From positions 64,001-128,000 of IMG/VR virus record IMGVR_UViG_3300044852_000015: 64,000 nucleotides of DNA. One strand, 5' to 3'. This stretch comes from a virus. Its lineage: Duplodnaviria > Caudoviricetes. The notes under the pieces were generated by a model that ran no database searches, was not told the DNA's origin, and saw only the letters and a program-made list of their open reading frames with translations. Position 1 is the first letter of the stretch. Every line of letters begins with the position of its first letter. Both the position numbers and the translations under genes were made by a program. This document shows, piece by piece, positions 56,364 through 64,000 of the stretch.

Positions 56364-56809
56364 TAGAACACGCTGTTGGCTTTAAAAGCATCCACCAGGT
56401 CTTGGTTTTCGTACACGATCCGGTACTGCTGACCGAGTTGGCAGGAAACTGGGTCAGTGATCTCGCCACACAGGACGAGGTTCTTCAGCAGACTGGAGAC
56501 CGCTGGATGAGTCGGTTCGTGTACCAGACGGTAACGAGCGATCCACAGTTTGAAGACCAACTCTTCGACCACGTCCATTTCGATAACGTGTTCTTCGTTG
56601 ATGGTGTTCAGTGCAGTACCGATGTTGGCACGCAGGGTGTTACGGTACCAGCCCTCTGGGGAGTCCAGGCGGCTAGTAGGCAACGGCAACTGAGTAGCCA
56701 GAGCGTCAGCTACCATCAGGCTGGTAACTTTGCTACGGTCAGCAAACTGCACCTTACCCCAGTCCAGTTGTTGCTGGATGACGGTAGCGATGGGTTTAAT
56801 GTCAAGCAT
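56363..56809 (-). CDS. virion protein (gp85-like)
   Basis: 148 aa; synteny. Confidence 0.55.
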   Translation of the reverse strand: MLDIKPIATVIQQQLDWGKVQFADRSKVTSLMVADALATQLPLPTSRLDSPEGWYRNTLRANIGTALNTINEEHVIEMDVVEELVFKLWIARYRLVHEPTHPAVSSLLKNLVLCGEITDPVSCQLGQQYRIVYENQDLVDAFKANSVF

Positions 56810-56821
56810 GGGTGGCCCCTA

Positions 56822-58087
56822 TTAAAATTTGAGGTTGGTGAGTTTTTCAGCGGTCACGAACAGTTGGTTGTTCACCATCTTCTCGAGTTCGACTTGGAAC
56901 TGAAGTTGTTGGTACTGACGACGACCACCAGGCAGGACGGAAGTGTAGAACATTTCCATCAGAGTCCGCTTGTCGTCAATGTTCTTGAGCAGCGCGTCGA
57001 TCGCTTCGATGTCGTCGATCCAGGCCTTACGTTGCTGGGCCGGCACAGACTGATCTTTGAGACCCGCTACCAGCTCACGCTTCATACGAGCCAAACGAGC
57101 ACCCGGTTCATCGTAGAGCTTCATGGCAGGGTTGATCAGCAACACGAGGAAGATCAACCCGAAGGTTGGCAGGATCAGTGCGAAGAACAACAGGACACGA
57201 ATCAGCGTTGCGAACAGGTGAACCGCTGTCGATTGATACGAAGGACCACCACCATAGTGGCGATGGATGCGATCCAGACCCGTGGCGAGGTGACGACCAG
57301 CGCCTTGACGGATGGCGTATTGATCCGCCAGCGCTTCAGTAGCCGTGATGTCGTACACAGCCGAACCCGTCGCGGACTTGGCGTTCAGGATAGCCTTACG
57401 CAACACCACAGTTTGGAATACTTCCTTACTGGTGCAACGAACCAGGGCCTCTGGGTCTTCGAGGTCGATCTCCAACGCCTTACACGTTTCATCCACGATC
57501 TGTGTACGTTTGATCAGGTCGTCAGACTTGAAGAACGCTTGAGTGGCTGCGTGCAAAATTACGTTCGTCGTTAAGGTATGACCGAGGAACTCGTAGTACG
57601 TGAACAAGTGACCGATCTCGTGGAGCATGATCGCAGCACGTTCTTCGTCAGACATCAGCTTGGTATCAACCAGCCCTCTGTGGACGAATACTTGGTGTTC
57701 GATCTCCGAGAACACGCCGCCGACTTTACCGTGTTGGAGATCAACCCAACCCTTAATAATGTCGCTACGTTTGGCCTTGATGAATTTCTTCACATCGGTG
57801 TTGTCGATGTGGGGTTTCCACCAGTCGTAGATCAACGGGTTGTTCTTATCCACCATCGGCGGAATAACGTACGCGTTGATGTCGTTGGACTTGTCGAGGT
57901 TGAACTTGATCTTCAAACCAGTGTGCTGTTTGACGATTGCTTCAAACCCAACCCCGGCGACGGCCTTCGGATCGTTGGTGGTCAGGCCTCGCAAACGCGC
58001 GAAGGCAAGTACCAGATCCTTGAAGAACATCTCGTTTTGTACTTGAATGGCCTCTAGGCCAATGGATAGTCGTTTACTGGATAACAT
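56822..58087 (-). CDS. virion protein with a zinc-metalloprotease HEXXH motif (gp84-like)
   Basis: INAY, AAIMLHEIGH, EALADQYA.RQG.G..LA.GL (M48-like); C-terminal TM segment; IGLE site. Confidence 0.7.
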   Translation of the reverse strand: MLSSKRLSIGLEAIQVQNEMFFKDLVLAFARLRGLTTNDPKAVAGVGFEAIVKQHTGLKIKFNLDKSNDINAYVIPPMVDKNNPLIYDWWKPHIDNTDVKKFIKAKRSDIIKGWVDLQHGKVGGVFSEIEHQVFVHRGLVDTKLMSDEERAAIMLHEIGHLFTYYEFLGHTLTTNVILHAATQAFFKSDDLIKRTQIVDETCKALEIDLEDPEALVRCTSKEVFQTVVLRKAILNAKSATGSAVYDITATEALADQYAIRQGAGRHLATGLDRIHRHYGGGPSYQSTAVHLFATLIRVLLFFALILPTFGLIFLVLLINPAMKLYDEPGARLARMKRELVAGLKDQSVPAQQRKAWIDDIEAIDALLKNIDDKRTLMEMFYTSVLPGGRRQYQQLQFQVELEKMVNNQLFVTAEKLTNLKF

Positions 58088-58172
58088 GTCAGCTCCATGG
58101 GCGGCGGTTGGGCTGTTAAAAAAGATGACTCATAATGATAGTATGGGCTAAACCGGACTAAAGGAAATCACG

Positions 58173-59864
58173 GTGACAGAGCAGAATTACAGCGAAGAAG
58201 ACATTGTTGGCGTTGAGTGCAAACATGCGGTGTATTGCGTCCCTCGAGACCGTGATGACCGTGACGATGCGATCTTCGTTAAAGAGGTTGTACACCTCAA
58301 AGACGGGCGTCAAATCCCACGCACCAAACTCGAGGAGAACTACAAACGTACGTTCTACCTAGAGCGTAACCAGAACTACAGCGAGAAGAAGACTCAGCAG
58401 AAACTCAGTCGTCTGCAACAGTTCTCGTGTACCCAACGTAACCTGATGCCGTCTATCGGTCGTGCATTAGGTCGGGGTAAGATCAACGGTGGTTTACGGA
58501 CAGTTGCTCGTAACCCGTACCTGTACGGTGCGGACATCACGACACCGACTCTACTCAAGCAAGAGTATCGTGACCGGGCGCCGAACTGCATCAGTCCCAA
58601 CAAGGTAGCGGTGTTCGACATCGAGACCGACGTTGTGAACGGTACGGGTGACACACCAATCTGCATGGCGTTGACGTTTAAGGATCGGGTATTCCTCGCG
58701 GCTAGTAAAGAGTGGGTGGGTTCCAATCCGAACTACGTTGAGCAAGTACAGAAGGCGGCTCAGAAGTACATCGGCGACCACATCGAGAAGCGCAACATCA
58801 CGCTCGAGGTTCAGGTCTGTGATACTCCGGGCCAGATGATCGTTGAGACCTTCAAGCGCGCTCACCTGTGGCAACCAGACTTCGTTACCGTCTGGAACAT
58901 CGACTTCGATATTCCAAAGTGTCTGCGTGTGCTGGAGAAAGAAGGTATTGATCCGGCTCAGGTGTTCTCTGATCCCTCCGTACCTGAGAAGTACAAGTTC
59001 TTCAAGTACAAGCAAGGTAACGCTACCAAGACTACCGCAACTGGTCGTGTGGATTCCATTCACCCAGCGGAACGGTGGCACACTGCGGAATGCCCTGCGA
59101 GCTTCTTCCTGATCGACTCCATGTGCGTCTACAAGCGCATTCGGATGGCGAAACAGAACGAGTCCTCGTACAGCCTCGATGCGGTCATGAAGAAGAACCT
59201 GAAGGACTTGGGGAAACTCAAGTTCGCTGAGGCAGATGCTTACACTGGTTTGCAATGGCACATCTTCATGCAAGACAACTACAAGATCGAGTACTCGGTC
59301 TACTGTATCTTTGACTGTGTGGGCGTTGAGCTGTTGGATGAGAAGATCAAAGACTTGCAGTTGGTTATCACCACGCAGTCCAAGGCTTCTGAGTACACCA
59401 TCTACAACTCTCAGCCTCGCCGTCTGGTAGACGACTACTATTTCTTCTGTCGTGACCGTGGCTTCATTGTCGCGTCGTGTTCAGATGAAATGGTACACGA
59501 GTTGGATCAGTACGTCACTGACATGAAAGGTTGGATCGTTACCCTACCTTCTCACCAGTGTGTGGATAACGGGCTGGACATCATTGAAGAGATGCCTAAC
59601 GTGCGGACGTACATTCGTTCTCACGTAGCCGACTTGGACATCGTGTCAACGTATCCCAACGTACAAGTGATCCTGAACATCTCGCGTGAGACCACTCGCC
59701 GTGAGCTGTACAAGATTGCGGGTTGTCCTGAGCGGGTACAACGGATGGCCGGTATCAACATGACTGGCGGACACGTGAACGCTGTGGAAGTGGTGTGCAG
59801 TGTGATGAAGGCTCCGAACTTCGACATGCTGTTGGAAGACTTCATGGCCGAACAAGCGGCATAA
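58173..59864 (+). CDS. split family-B DNA polymerase, exonuclease/motif-A subunit (phiKZ gp82-like)
   Basis: ExoI VFDIETD, ExoII WNIDFD, ExoIII YCIFD, motif A DLDIVSTYPN; no KxxxN or YGDTDS. Confidence 0.85.
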   Translation: MTEQNYSEEDIVGVECKHAVYCVPRDRDDRDDAIFVKEVVHLKDGRQIPRTKLEENYKRTFYLERNQNYSEKKTQQKLSRLQQFSCTQRNLMPSIGRALGRGKINGGLRTVARNPYLYGADITTPTLLKQEYRDRAPNCISPNKVAVFDIETDVVNGTGDTPICMALTFKDRVFLAASKEWVGSNPNYVEQVQKAAQKYIGDHIEKRNITLEVQVCDTPGQMIVETFKRAHLWQPDFVTVWNIDFDIPKCLRVLEKEGIDPAQVFSDPSVPEKYKFFKYKQGNATKTTATGRVDSIHPAERWHTAECPASFFLIDSMCVYKRIRMAKQNESSYSLDAVMKKNLKDLGKLKFAEADAYTGLQWHIFMQDNYKIEYSVYCIFDCVGVELLDEKIKDLQLVITTQSKASEYTIYNSQPRRLVDDYYFFCRDRGFIVASCSDEMVHELDQYVTDMKGWIVTLPSHQCVDNGLDIIEEMPNVRTYIRSHVADLDIVSTYPNVQVILNISRETTRRELYKIAGCPERVQRMAGINMTGGHVNAVEVVCSVMKAPNFDMLLEDFMAEQAA

Positions 59865-59895
59865 AAGGCAGGGGTGCAAACCCCTGCTGTATGCT
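59858..59895. terminator. bidirectional terminator
   Basis: ggcataaaa-g-gcagggg-tgcaaa-cccctgc-tgtatgc. Confidence 0.75.
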
Positions 59896-59896
59896 G

Positions 59897-60346
59897 TCAT
59901 CTAGGTGCACGCCACACACCCAACTTCTGCTTACGGATTACTTCTTCTAGACCACGGATGTCATCTTGGTCTTTAGGACGATTCAAGGAACGCTTGAACT
60001 TAAGGATTTCCTCAGGTGACCACATCCCTACGCCGTCGATCACCACCACCGCAATGTTGGGATTACCTCGATTGACATCCACCAATGGGGACATCTCAAT
60101 CATCTCCATGTCTGGATTGTAGTACTGCTTGACCTTGAACTGCTTGGACTTCTTCCACTTGTCGTAAACCTCGGGAGGAACATCCATATCAATGTCAGAG
60201 GTGTGCTTGCGGATACCCAACAGTAGGCACCCGCCCCCGGCCAACACTGGTGCTTCTTCTGGCTTGAGTTTGTACTTGTGGATGAACTTCAGGTACTCCC
60301 AAATAAACTCATCCCTCGATAATACCTTTACCCCATCAACCACCAT
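59897..60346 (-). CDS. minimal Pol-beta-type nucleotidyltransferase
   Basis: VLAGGGCLLLGIRKHTSDIDMD (GG + DxD), and KFKRSLNRPKDQDDI. Confidence 0.7.
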   Translation of the reverse strand: MVVDGVKVLSRDEFIWEYLKFIHKYKLKPEEAPVLAGGGCLLLGIRKHTSDIDMDVPPEVYDKWKKSKQFKVKQYYNPDMEMIEMSPLVDVNRGNPNIAVVVIDGVGMWSPEEILKFKRSLNRPKDQDDIRGLEEVIRKQKLGVWRAPR

Positions 60347-60386
60347 GACCTAACTCCCACAGAGAATCAATCTACGTAGGATATGC

Positions 60387-60424
60387 AAAAAAAAAAGAAG
60401 GGGTGCGAGCCCCTTCTTTATGCT
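60387..60424. terminator. terminator
   Basis: A10-gaagggg-tgcgag-ccccttc-tttatgc. Confidence 0.75.
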
Positions 60425-60427
60425 GTC

Positions 60428-61018
60428 TTACAACTTATCTACCAACTCACGCTGAAGAGCTAACTCGTAGTCGAAAGCTTGTTGATACATTTCAGGGTAA
60501 CGAGCGTAACCATCAGTACCAAACTTCTCCTTCACATGTTCAATGGCACCCTGACGAGCATCCTTCTCACCGTAACCTAGGGCTAGGCGATACTGAATAG
60601 CGCGCTGTAAGATTGTCTCTACATCGGTGGTAGGGAAACCTCGATCGGCAGAACACATCAGTTCAGCAAAGTCACAGCTAAACGGTTCAGTTCCAGAAGC
60701 ACGATGTTCACGGCAACCAGCAGCAACCAGCTCACGCTCACCAGGCTTCAACACACAGATCATCGGTAGATCCGTAGTGAGTATCCATTCAGCAGACATC
60801 TGATGATGATTGTGACGAGACCATGCAAACATGTCGTGGAAGAACGCTACCATCAAAATCAACTTGGGTGAAAACTTCAACCCCAACTTCTTATTGATGT
60901 GGTTAGCACACTTCTCCACTTCCAAGAAATGTTCAATCCGATGGGCAGCATCATTCAGTTCCCAGACTTTGCTGAATTCATAGATGATTTGTTCACGGTA
61001 CGAGTCGACACGATTCAT
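60428..61018 (-). CDS. HD-domain phosphohydrolase (early, monocistronic)
   Basis: AAHRIEH, AFFHDMF, HHQMSA, CREHRAS, CSADR. Confidence 0.8.
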   Translation of the reverse strand: MNRVDSYREQIIYEFSKVWELNDAAHRIEHFLEVEKCANHINKKLGLKFSPKLILMVAFFHDMFAWSRHNHHQMSAEWILTTDLPMICVLKPGERELVAAGCREHRASGTEPFSCDFAELMCSADRGFPTTDVETILQRAIQYRLALGYGEKDARQGAIEHVKEKFGTDGYARYPEMYQQAFDYELALQRELVDKL

Positions 61019-61041
61019 AAAGACCTTCTTAGGTTAGTTGA

Positions 61042-61068
61042 TTCACTCGAGTAATATGTACTTGAGTT
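61042..61068 (-). promoter_or_regulatory. phiKZ-type early promoter
   Basis: ACTCAAGTACATATTACTCGAGTGAA. Confidence 0.8.
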
Positions 61069-61080
61069 TGGTTTAAATGT

Positions 61081-61120
61081 GGCATAAAAAAGAAGGGGCG
61101 TGAACCCCTTCTCTATGTCG
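61081..61120. terminator. terminator with TATG on both sides
   Basis: ggcataaaaaa-gaagggg-cgtgaa-ccccttc-tctatgtcg; nearly identical to the 5793 hairpin. Confidence 0.8.
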
Positions 61121-61122
61121 TG

Positions 61123-62064
61123 TTACAGTGAAACACCGGTACCTGGTGGCTGGATGTCTTTCAGTTGCATCAGTACGGGTTGCTCAACGCTCTCCGAATC
61201 GTAGCCTTCTTCTGTCGGGAGGATATTGAACTGATCAGCAATCAACACTTGGAGCACACGGCTAACACGACCACGGGTGTTAGTAATCAACTCCATGGTT
61301 TTACCCACCACCACGTCAGTGACTTGGAAGCGTACAGGCTGTCCCGCTTTGTTAGTCATCCAACCCTCGTAGATTCCAGGCTCGATGCGTGGGAACTCAC
61401 TGATGTAACTGTCAGCCACCTTGGCCACCACCCCTGACAACACGTCAAGACTGAGAGCCGCAATGGCGATGACTTCCAACCCAGCCTGAGCAGTCAGCCC
61501 CACTGTGTATACGAAGTTGACCCCTGACTCGTTATCGAAGACTTGCTGGAGCGTGTAGCCGTGCTCAGCAATCAGGTCGTCTTCTTTAGCGTGGAGGTGG
61601 GCTCGTACCACAGTCATCTGGAGCTGACCGATGGCCATTAAGGAAATACACTTTTCACGCATGAAGCGGAAGTAGTCGTCACGACTGAATCGAGCCACTT
61701 TGAAAGGGGAGGTTTGCCAGCCGCTAGCCAGTTGTTCCAACAAATGCTGAGTGAGGATAGTCGGGTGCCGCCGGAGGATGTCGAGTGTGGCGACGACGTC
61801 CTTAGCAGTAGGGATCAAGTCCCATGTCAGGAAGCGGGTGGAATTCTCGGGAATCAGTTCTGGCTCTAGGTAATCCCCCAGACCTTTGGAGATCAACCAC
61901 GTACAGAAGTTTTCAGGAGTGTGCTGGACTTCAGCAACCTCCTTTGTAAACTCCTCGTACTCCTCGTAAGGGCTGAAGGCGCGGGTGGGCATAAAGCCAA
62001 CATTCCAGATCGTCACCGGACGACCCTCAATGGTTTTGACCAACACGTGTGCTTTCGACATCAT
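61123..62064 (-). CDS. two-domain protein with a C-terminal DUF4262-like domain
   Basis: IAEHGY...VF.....FVYTVGL...LE...QVLIAD....LPTEEGYD. Confidence 0.65.
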   Translation of the reverse strand: MMSKAHVLVKTIEGRPVTIWNVGFMPTRAFSPYEEYEEFTKEVAEVQHTPENFCTWLISKGLGDYLEPELIPENSTRFLTWDLIPTAKDVVATLDILRRHPTILTQHLLEQLASGWQTSPFKVARFSRDDYFRFMREKCISLMAIGQLQMTVVRAHLHAKEDDLIAEHGYTLQQVFDNESGVNFVYTVGLTAQAGLEVIAIAALSLDVLSGVVAKVADSYISEFPRIEPGIYEGWMTNKAGQPVRFQVTDVVVGKTMELITNTRGRVSRVLQVLIADQFNILPTEEGYDSESVEQPVLMQLKDIQPPGTGVSL

Positions 62065-62822
62065 TTGTCCTCCATAGGACTGTCATCAAATTCGATGTTT
62101 ACATGTTGTAGCATACGACAGATGTCTTGAAGCGTGTCTAGCAAAGGTGCTCTGACGTACTGAAGCTCTGGGTAGAACTTAGCAGTCGTACCACCAGGGC
62201 GTAGCGAACCTACGCACTTGATCGCTTCCCACGTAGCCACAGGGCGGTTGCCGTGCATGTACGTGGCAATCCCACGACCAAACCACATCGACAGACCTTG
62301 GTAGGTTGGGGACACTTCCTTTAGTTCGTGCATCCACACCCGGATACAACCATCTGCATCAACGTTCGGTGGACGCATATCCCACTCGATAGCGGCAACG
62401 TTCAACTCAATGTAGAACAAACCATTGAGCTTACGTTCATGCAACCAGAACTTCTTGTAACGCTCACGCATCTCTACGCCAGCCCAACGCTGTAGCTTAC
62501 AGATTGAAGCGAGGTCTTTACAGAGGCCGCGATCGCGGTCTACCTCTGCTTCAGTTGGGTTCGGTACAGCAGGTACGTAAAGACGCCAGCCTTCTTCAGC
62601 CAGTTCGCCCAAGCGCCGCATTCCAGCATCCAGTGTTTTAGGCAACGAGGCTTGGAACAACTCACGACCGTTGAACCACACCACACACGGATAGCTGCGA
62701 GGAGTTTCTTTTGGTGGGAGGGTAGTGTAGAAGTGTTCGTTGATAACACGTTTCCACACATGACTGTTGCGAACTACGTAACCACCCCACGGGAGTTTCT
62801 GGTACTTCAGATGCTTGCTCAT
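62061..62822 (-). CDS. hypothetical protein
   Basis: 253 aa with GAGGAG RBS. Confidence 0.75.
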   Translation of the reverse strand: MSKHLKYQKLPWGGYVVRNSHVWKRVINEHFYTTLPPKETPRSYPCVVWFNGRELFQASLPKTLDAGMRRLGELAEEGWRLYVPAVPNPTEAEVDRDRGLCKDLASICKLQRWAGVEMRERYKKFWLHERKLNGLFYIELNVAAIEWDMRPPNVDADGCIRVWMHELKEVSPTYQGLSMWFGRGIATYMHGNRPVATWEAIKCVGSLRPGGTTAKFYPELQYVRAPLLDTLQDICRMLQHVNIEFDDSPMEDK

Positions 62823-62850
62823 CTCTGTTCTCCTCAGAACACTTACTTAA

Positions 62851-63177
62851 TTAGTGACTGACCCAGATGTCACAGTTATGTTTAGCCGTATCGGCGATGA
62901 ATGTGCGGGCGGTTAGGAAGTCTTCTTCCGTAAACATCCCATGGCGATCCACCCACGGACCCAAGCCTTTCTCACAACGGTAGACGAGGTACTCTTTGTA
63001 AGTACGCGGAGTCTCGTCATTCGCTGCGTGGACGCTGGTGCTGTCAATCCTGACCTGATGGCGCTCTCCATCTGAATCTCGTTGCTCGTCATACCACAAC
63101 GAACACATCTCGACCACTAACCACGATCCGGTGGAATACCCAATCGCATCGTGCTTCGTATCAACTTGACAGCCCAT
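62851..63177 (-). CDS. hypothetical protein
   Basis: 108 aa ORF in operon. Confidence 0.65.
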   Translation of the reverse strand: MGCQVDTKHDAIGYSTGSWLVVEMCSLWYDEQRDSDGERHQVRIDSTSVHAANDETPRTYKEYLVYRCEKGLGPWVDRHGMFTEEDFLTARTFIADTAKHNCDIWVSH

Positions 63178-63180
63178 TTT

Positions 63181-63468
63181 CTAGTCCCCTTGAACTTCTT
63201 TATATTGAGCCAGTAGTTTTTCTTTGTAGTCATCCAAAGACAACCACGAACAACTTACACCAGCACCCCAGCTACGACTGAACAAGTACACCACACTCGG
63301 GTACTCCTTCGGGTAGTTGGTAGGGTACTCCAGGTTCTCGTCTTCCGATGCACAGAAACGTTTGACTGCATCGCGGTACGCGGCTTGAGTGCGACAGAGA
63401 TGTCCACCGTCACTCAGGCGTTTGTAATTCGGTCGTTCCGTAAACTTATTCAATTGTACTAATTTCAT
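63181..63468 (-). CDS. hypothetical protein
   Basis: 95 aa; YPKEYPSVV shares a P..YP.VV motif with 62061..62822 (TPRSYPCVV). Confidence 0.7.
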   Translation of the reverse strand: MKLVQLNKFTERPNYKRLSDGGHLCRTQAAYRDAVKRFCASEDENLEYPTNYPKEYPSVVYLFSRSWGAGVSCSWLSLDDYKEKLLAQYKEVQGD

Positions 63469-63478
63469 GACAACCCCT

Positions 63479-63507
63479 TAAAAAAAGAAAGGGACCCGAA
63501 GGCCCCT
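63479..63507 (-). terminator. intrinsic terminator
   Basis: agggacc-cgaa-ggcccct followed by a T tract. Confidence 0.6.
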
Positions 63508-63516
63508 CACTTACTA

Positions 63517-63918
63517 TTAGCTAGGAAACTGTAACAGGTACTCAGCCATCTTCTTGCGCGTGCGGCGAATCCACCGGGCGCAAGGGACCTGAGTGCAACT
63601 ACGCTTCCCTTGTCTGACACGTTCTTCCAGCGTACTGAACACCAACGGCAAGGGGTAATAAACCCACTGGTCTTCAATGGTGCGGCGAACTAACGTAAAC
63701 TGAAACTCTCGAGACGTCTCCTTGTGGTGAACGCCTCGGTATGCTGCCACCAACTCATGATCACGCAGGCGGTCGTAGATGATGACGTTCGTTCCAGTCT
63801 TCTCGTCTTCACGAGTTTTCTTCCGGAACAAAGTGCCTTCAATTACGTGTTCGTATTTCTGCCCGCGAACCTCCACACAGATGCGTGGGGTTTGGATGTG
63901 TGTGTTGATGGCATTCAT
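63517..63918 (-). CDS. hypothetical protein
   Basis: 133 aa, TAATG-coupled. Confidence 0.7.
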   Translation of the reverse strand: MNAINTHIQTPRICVEVRGQKYEHVIEGTLFRKKTREDEKTGTNVIIYDRLRDHELVAAYRGVHHKETSREFQFTLVRRTIEDQWVYYPLPLVFSTLEERVRQGKRSCTQVPCARWIRRTRKKMAEYLLQFPS

Positions 63919-64000
63919 TATTGCTGTGCCCGTGCTGGCAGTCTATCCCAAGGATGGGGCATTCCATTAACTTTGATCCACTCTACAACCTCAGGGTGAA
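63918..64000 (-). CDS. 3' end of a gene entering from the window edge
   Basis: open frame ...HPEVVEWIKVNGMPHPWDRLPARAQQ* whose TAA overlaps the next ATG. Confidence 0.5.
   Translation of the reverse strand, partial: HPEVVEWIKVNGMPHPWDRLPARAQQ

Noticed and set aside
58173-59864. Truncated DNA polymerase pseudogene
   Set aside because: Split PolB is the normal state in phiKZ-like phages; exonuclease motifs are intact and the gene ends cleanly at a terminator
1-64000. tRNA, rRNA, integrase or transposase genes; alternative genetic code
   Set aside because: No cloverleaf/T-loop signatures were noticed in the short intergenic gaps, no recombinase motifs were seen, and genes are intact in code 11 with all three stop codons used

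Overview
A 64 kb segment of a phiKZ-like jumbo phage genome (Chimalliviridae-type). The host is probably Pseudomonas or a related proteobacterium, judged from the very host-like Dcd. Genes are densely packed and mostly on the minus strand. 1-27 kb: accessory and nucleotide-metabolism region with an HslV/Ntn-like protein, an AlaRS-fragment-like miniprotein, an HD phosphohydrolase, ThyA, a Nudix-like protein, a NAMPT + PRPP-synthetase-like pair (NARP1-type NAD+ reconstitution), a SLOG/DprA-like protein, DUF4262, Dcd, a TAXI solute-binding protein and two catalytically dead prohead-protease paralogues. 27-38.5 kb: tail-fibre module with a chaperone, five phiKZ gp131-like paralogues, a collagen/foldon-repeat fibre and three stand-alone copies of a fibre-associated domain. 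38.5-60 kb: Tmk and the conserved virion block resembling phiKZ gp82-gp101 (hub-like protein, head/inner-body proteins with S/A/G-X-E cleavage sites, baseplate wedge, HEXXH protein, split PolB exonuclease subunit). This block is interrupted at 44-47 kb by an accessory cassette carrying a Thg1-like 3'-5' polymerase and a Tad1-like immune-signal sponge. 60-64 kb: nucleotidyltransferase, HD protein, DUF4262 and hypotheticals. Six phiKZ-type early promoters (TATATTAC core) and about 18 hairpin terminators flanked by a TTTATG(C)C motif are visible. The most interesting candidates are (i) early-expressed dead prohead-protease paralogues as possible immune decoys, (ii) a suite of NAD+/nucleotide-signal counter-defence genes (NARP1, Tad1, SLOG, HD, NTase, Nudix), (iii) a 13-copy foldon array, and (iv) a possible structured ncRNA at about 37.1-37.3 kb. 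All family assignments come from motif recognition by eye, not database searches, and the phiKZ gp numbers rest on synteny and size recalled from memory.
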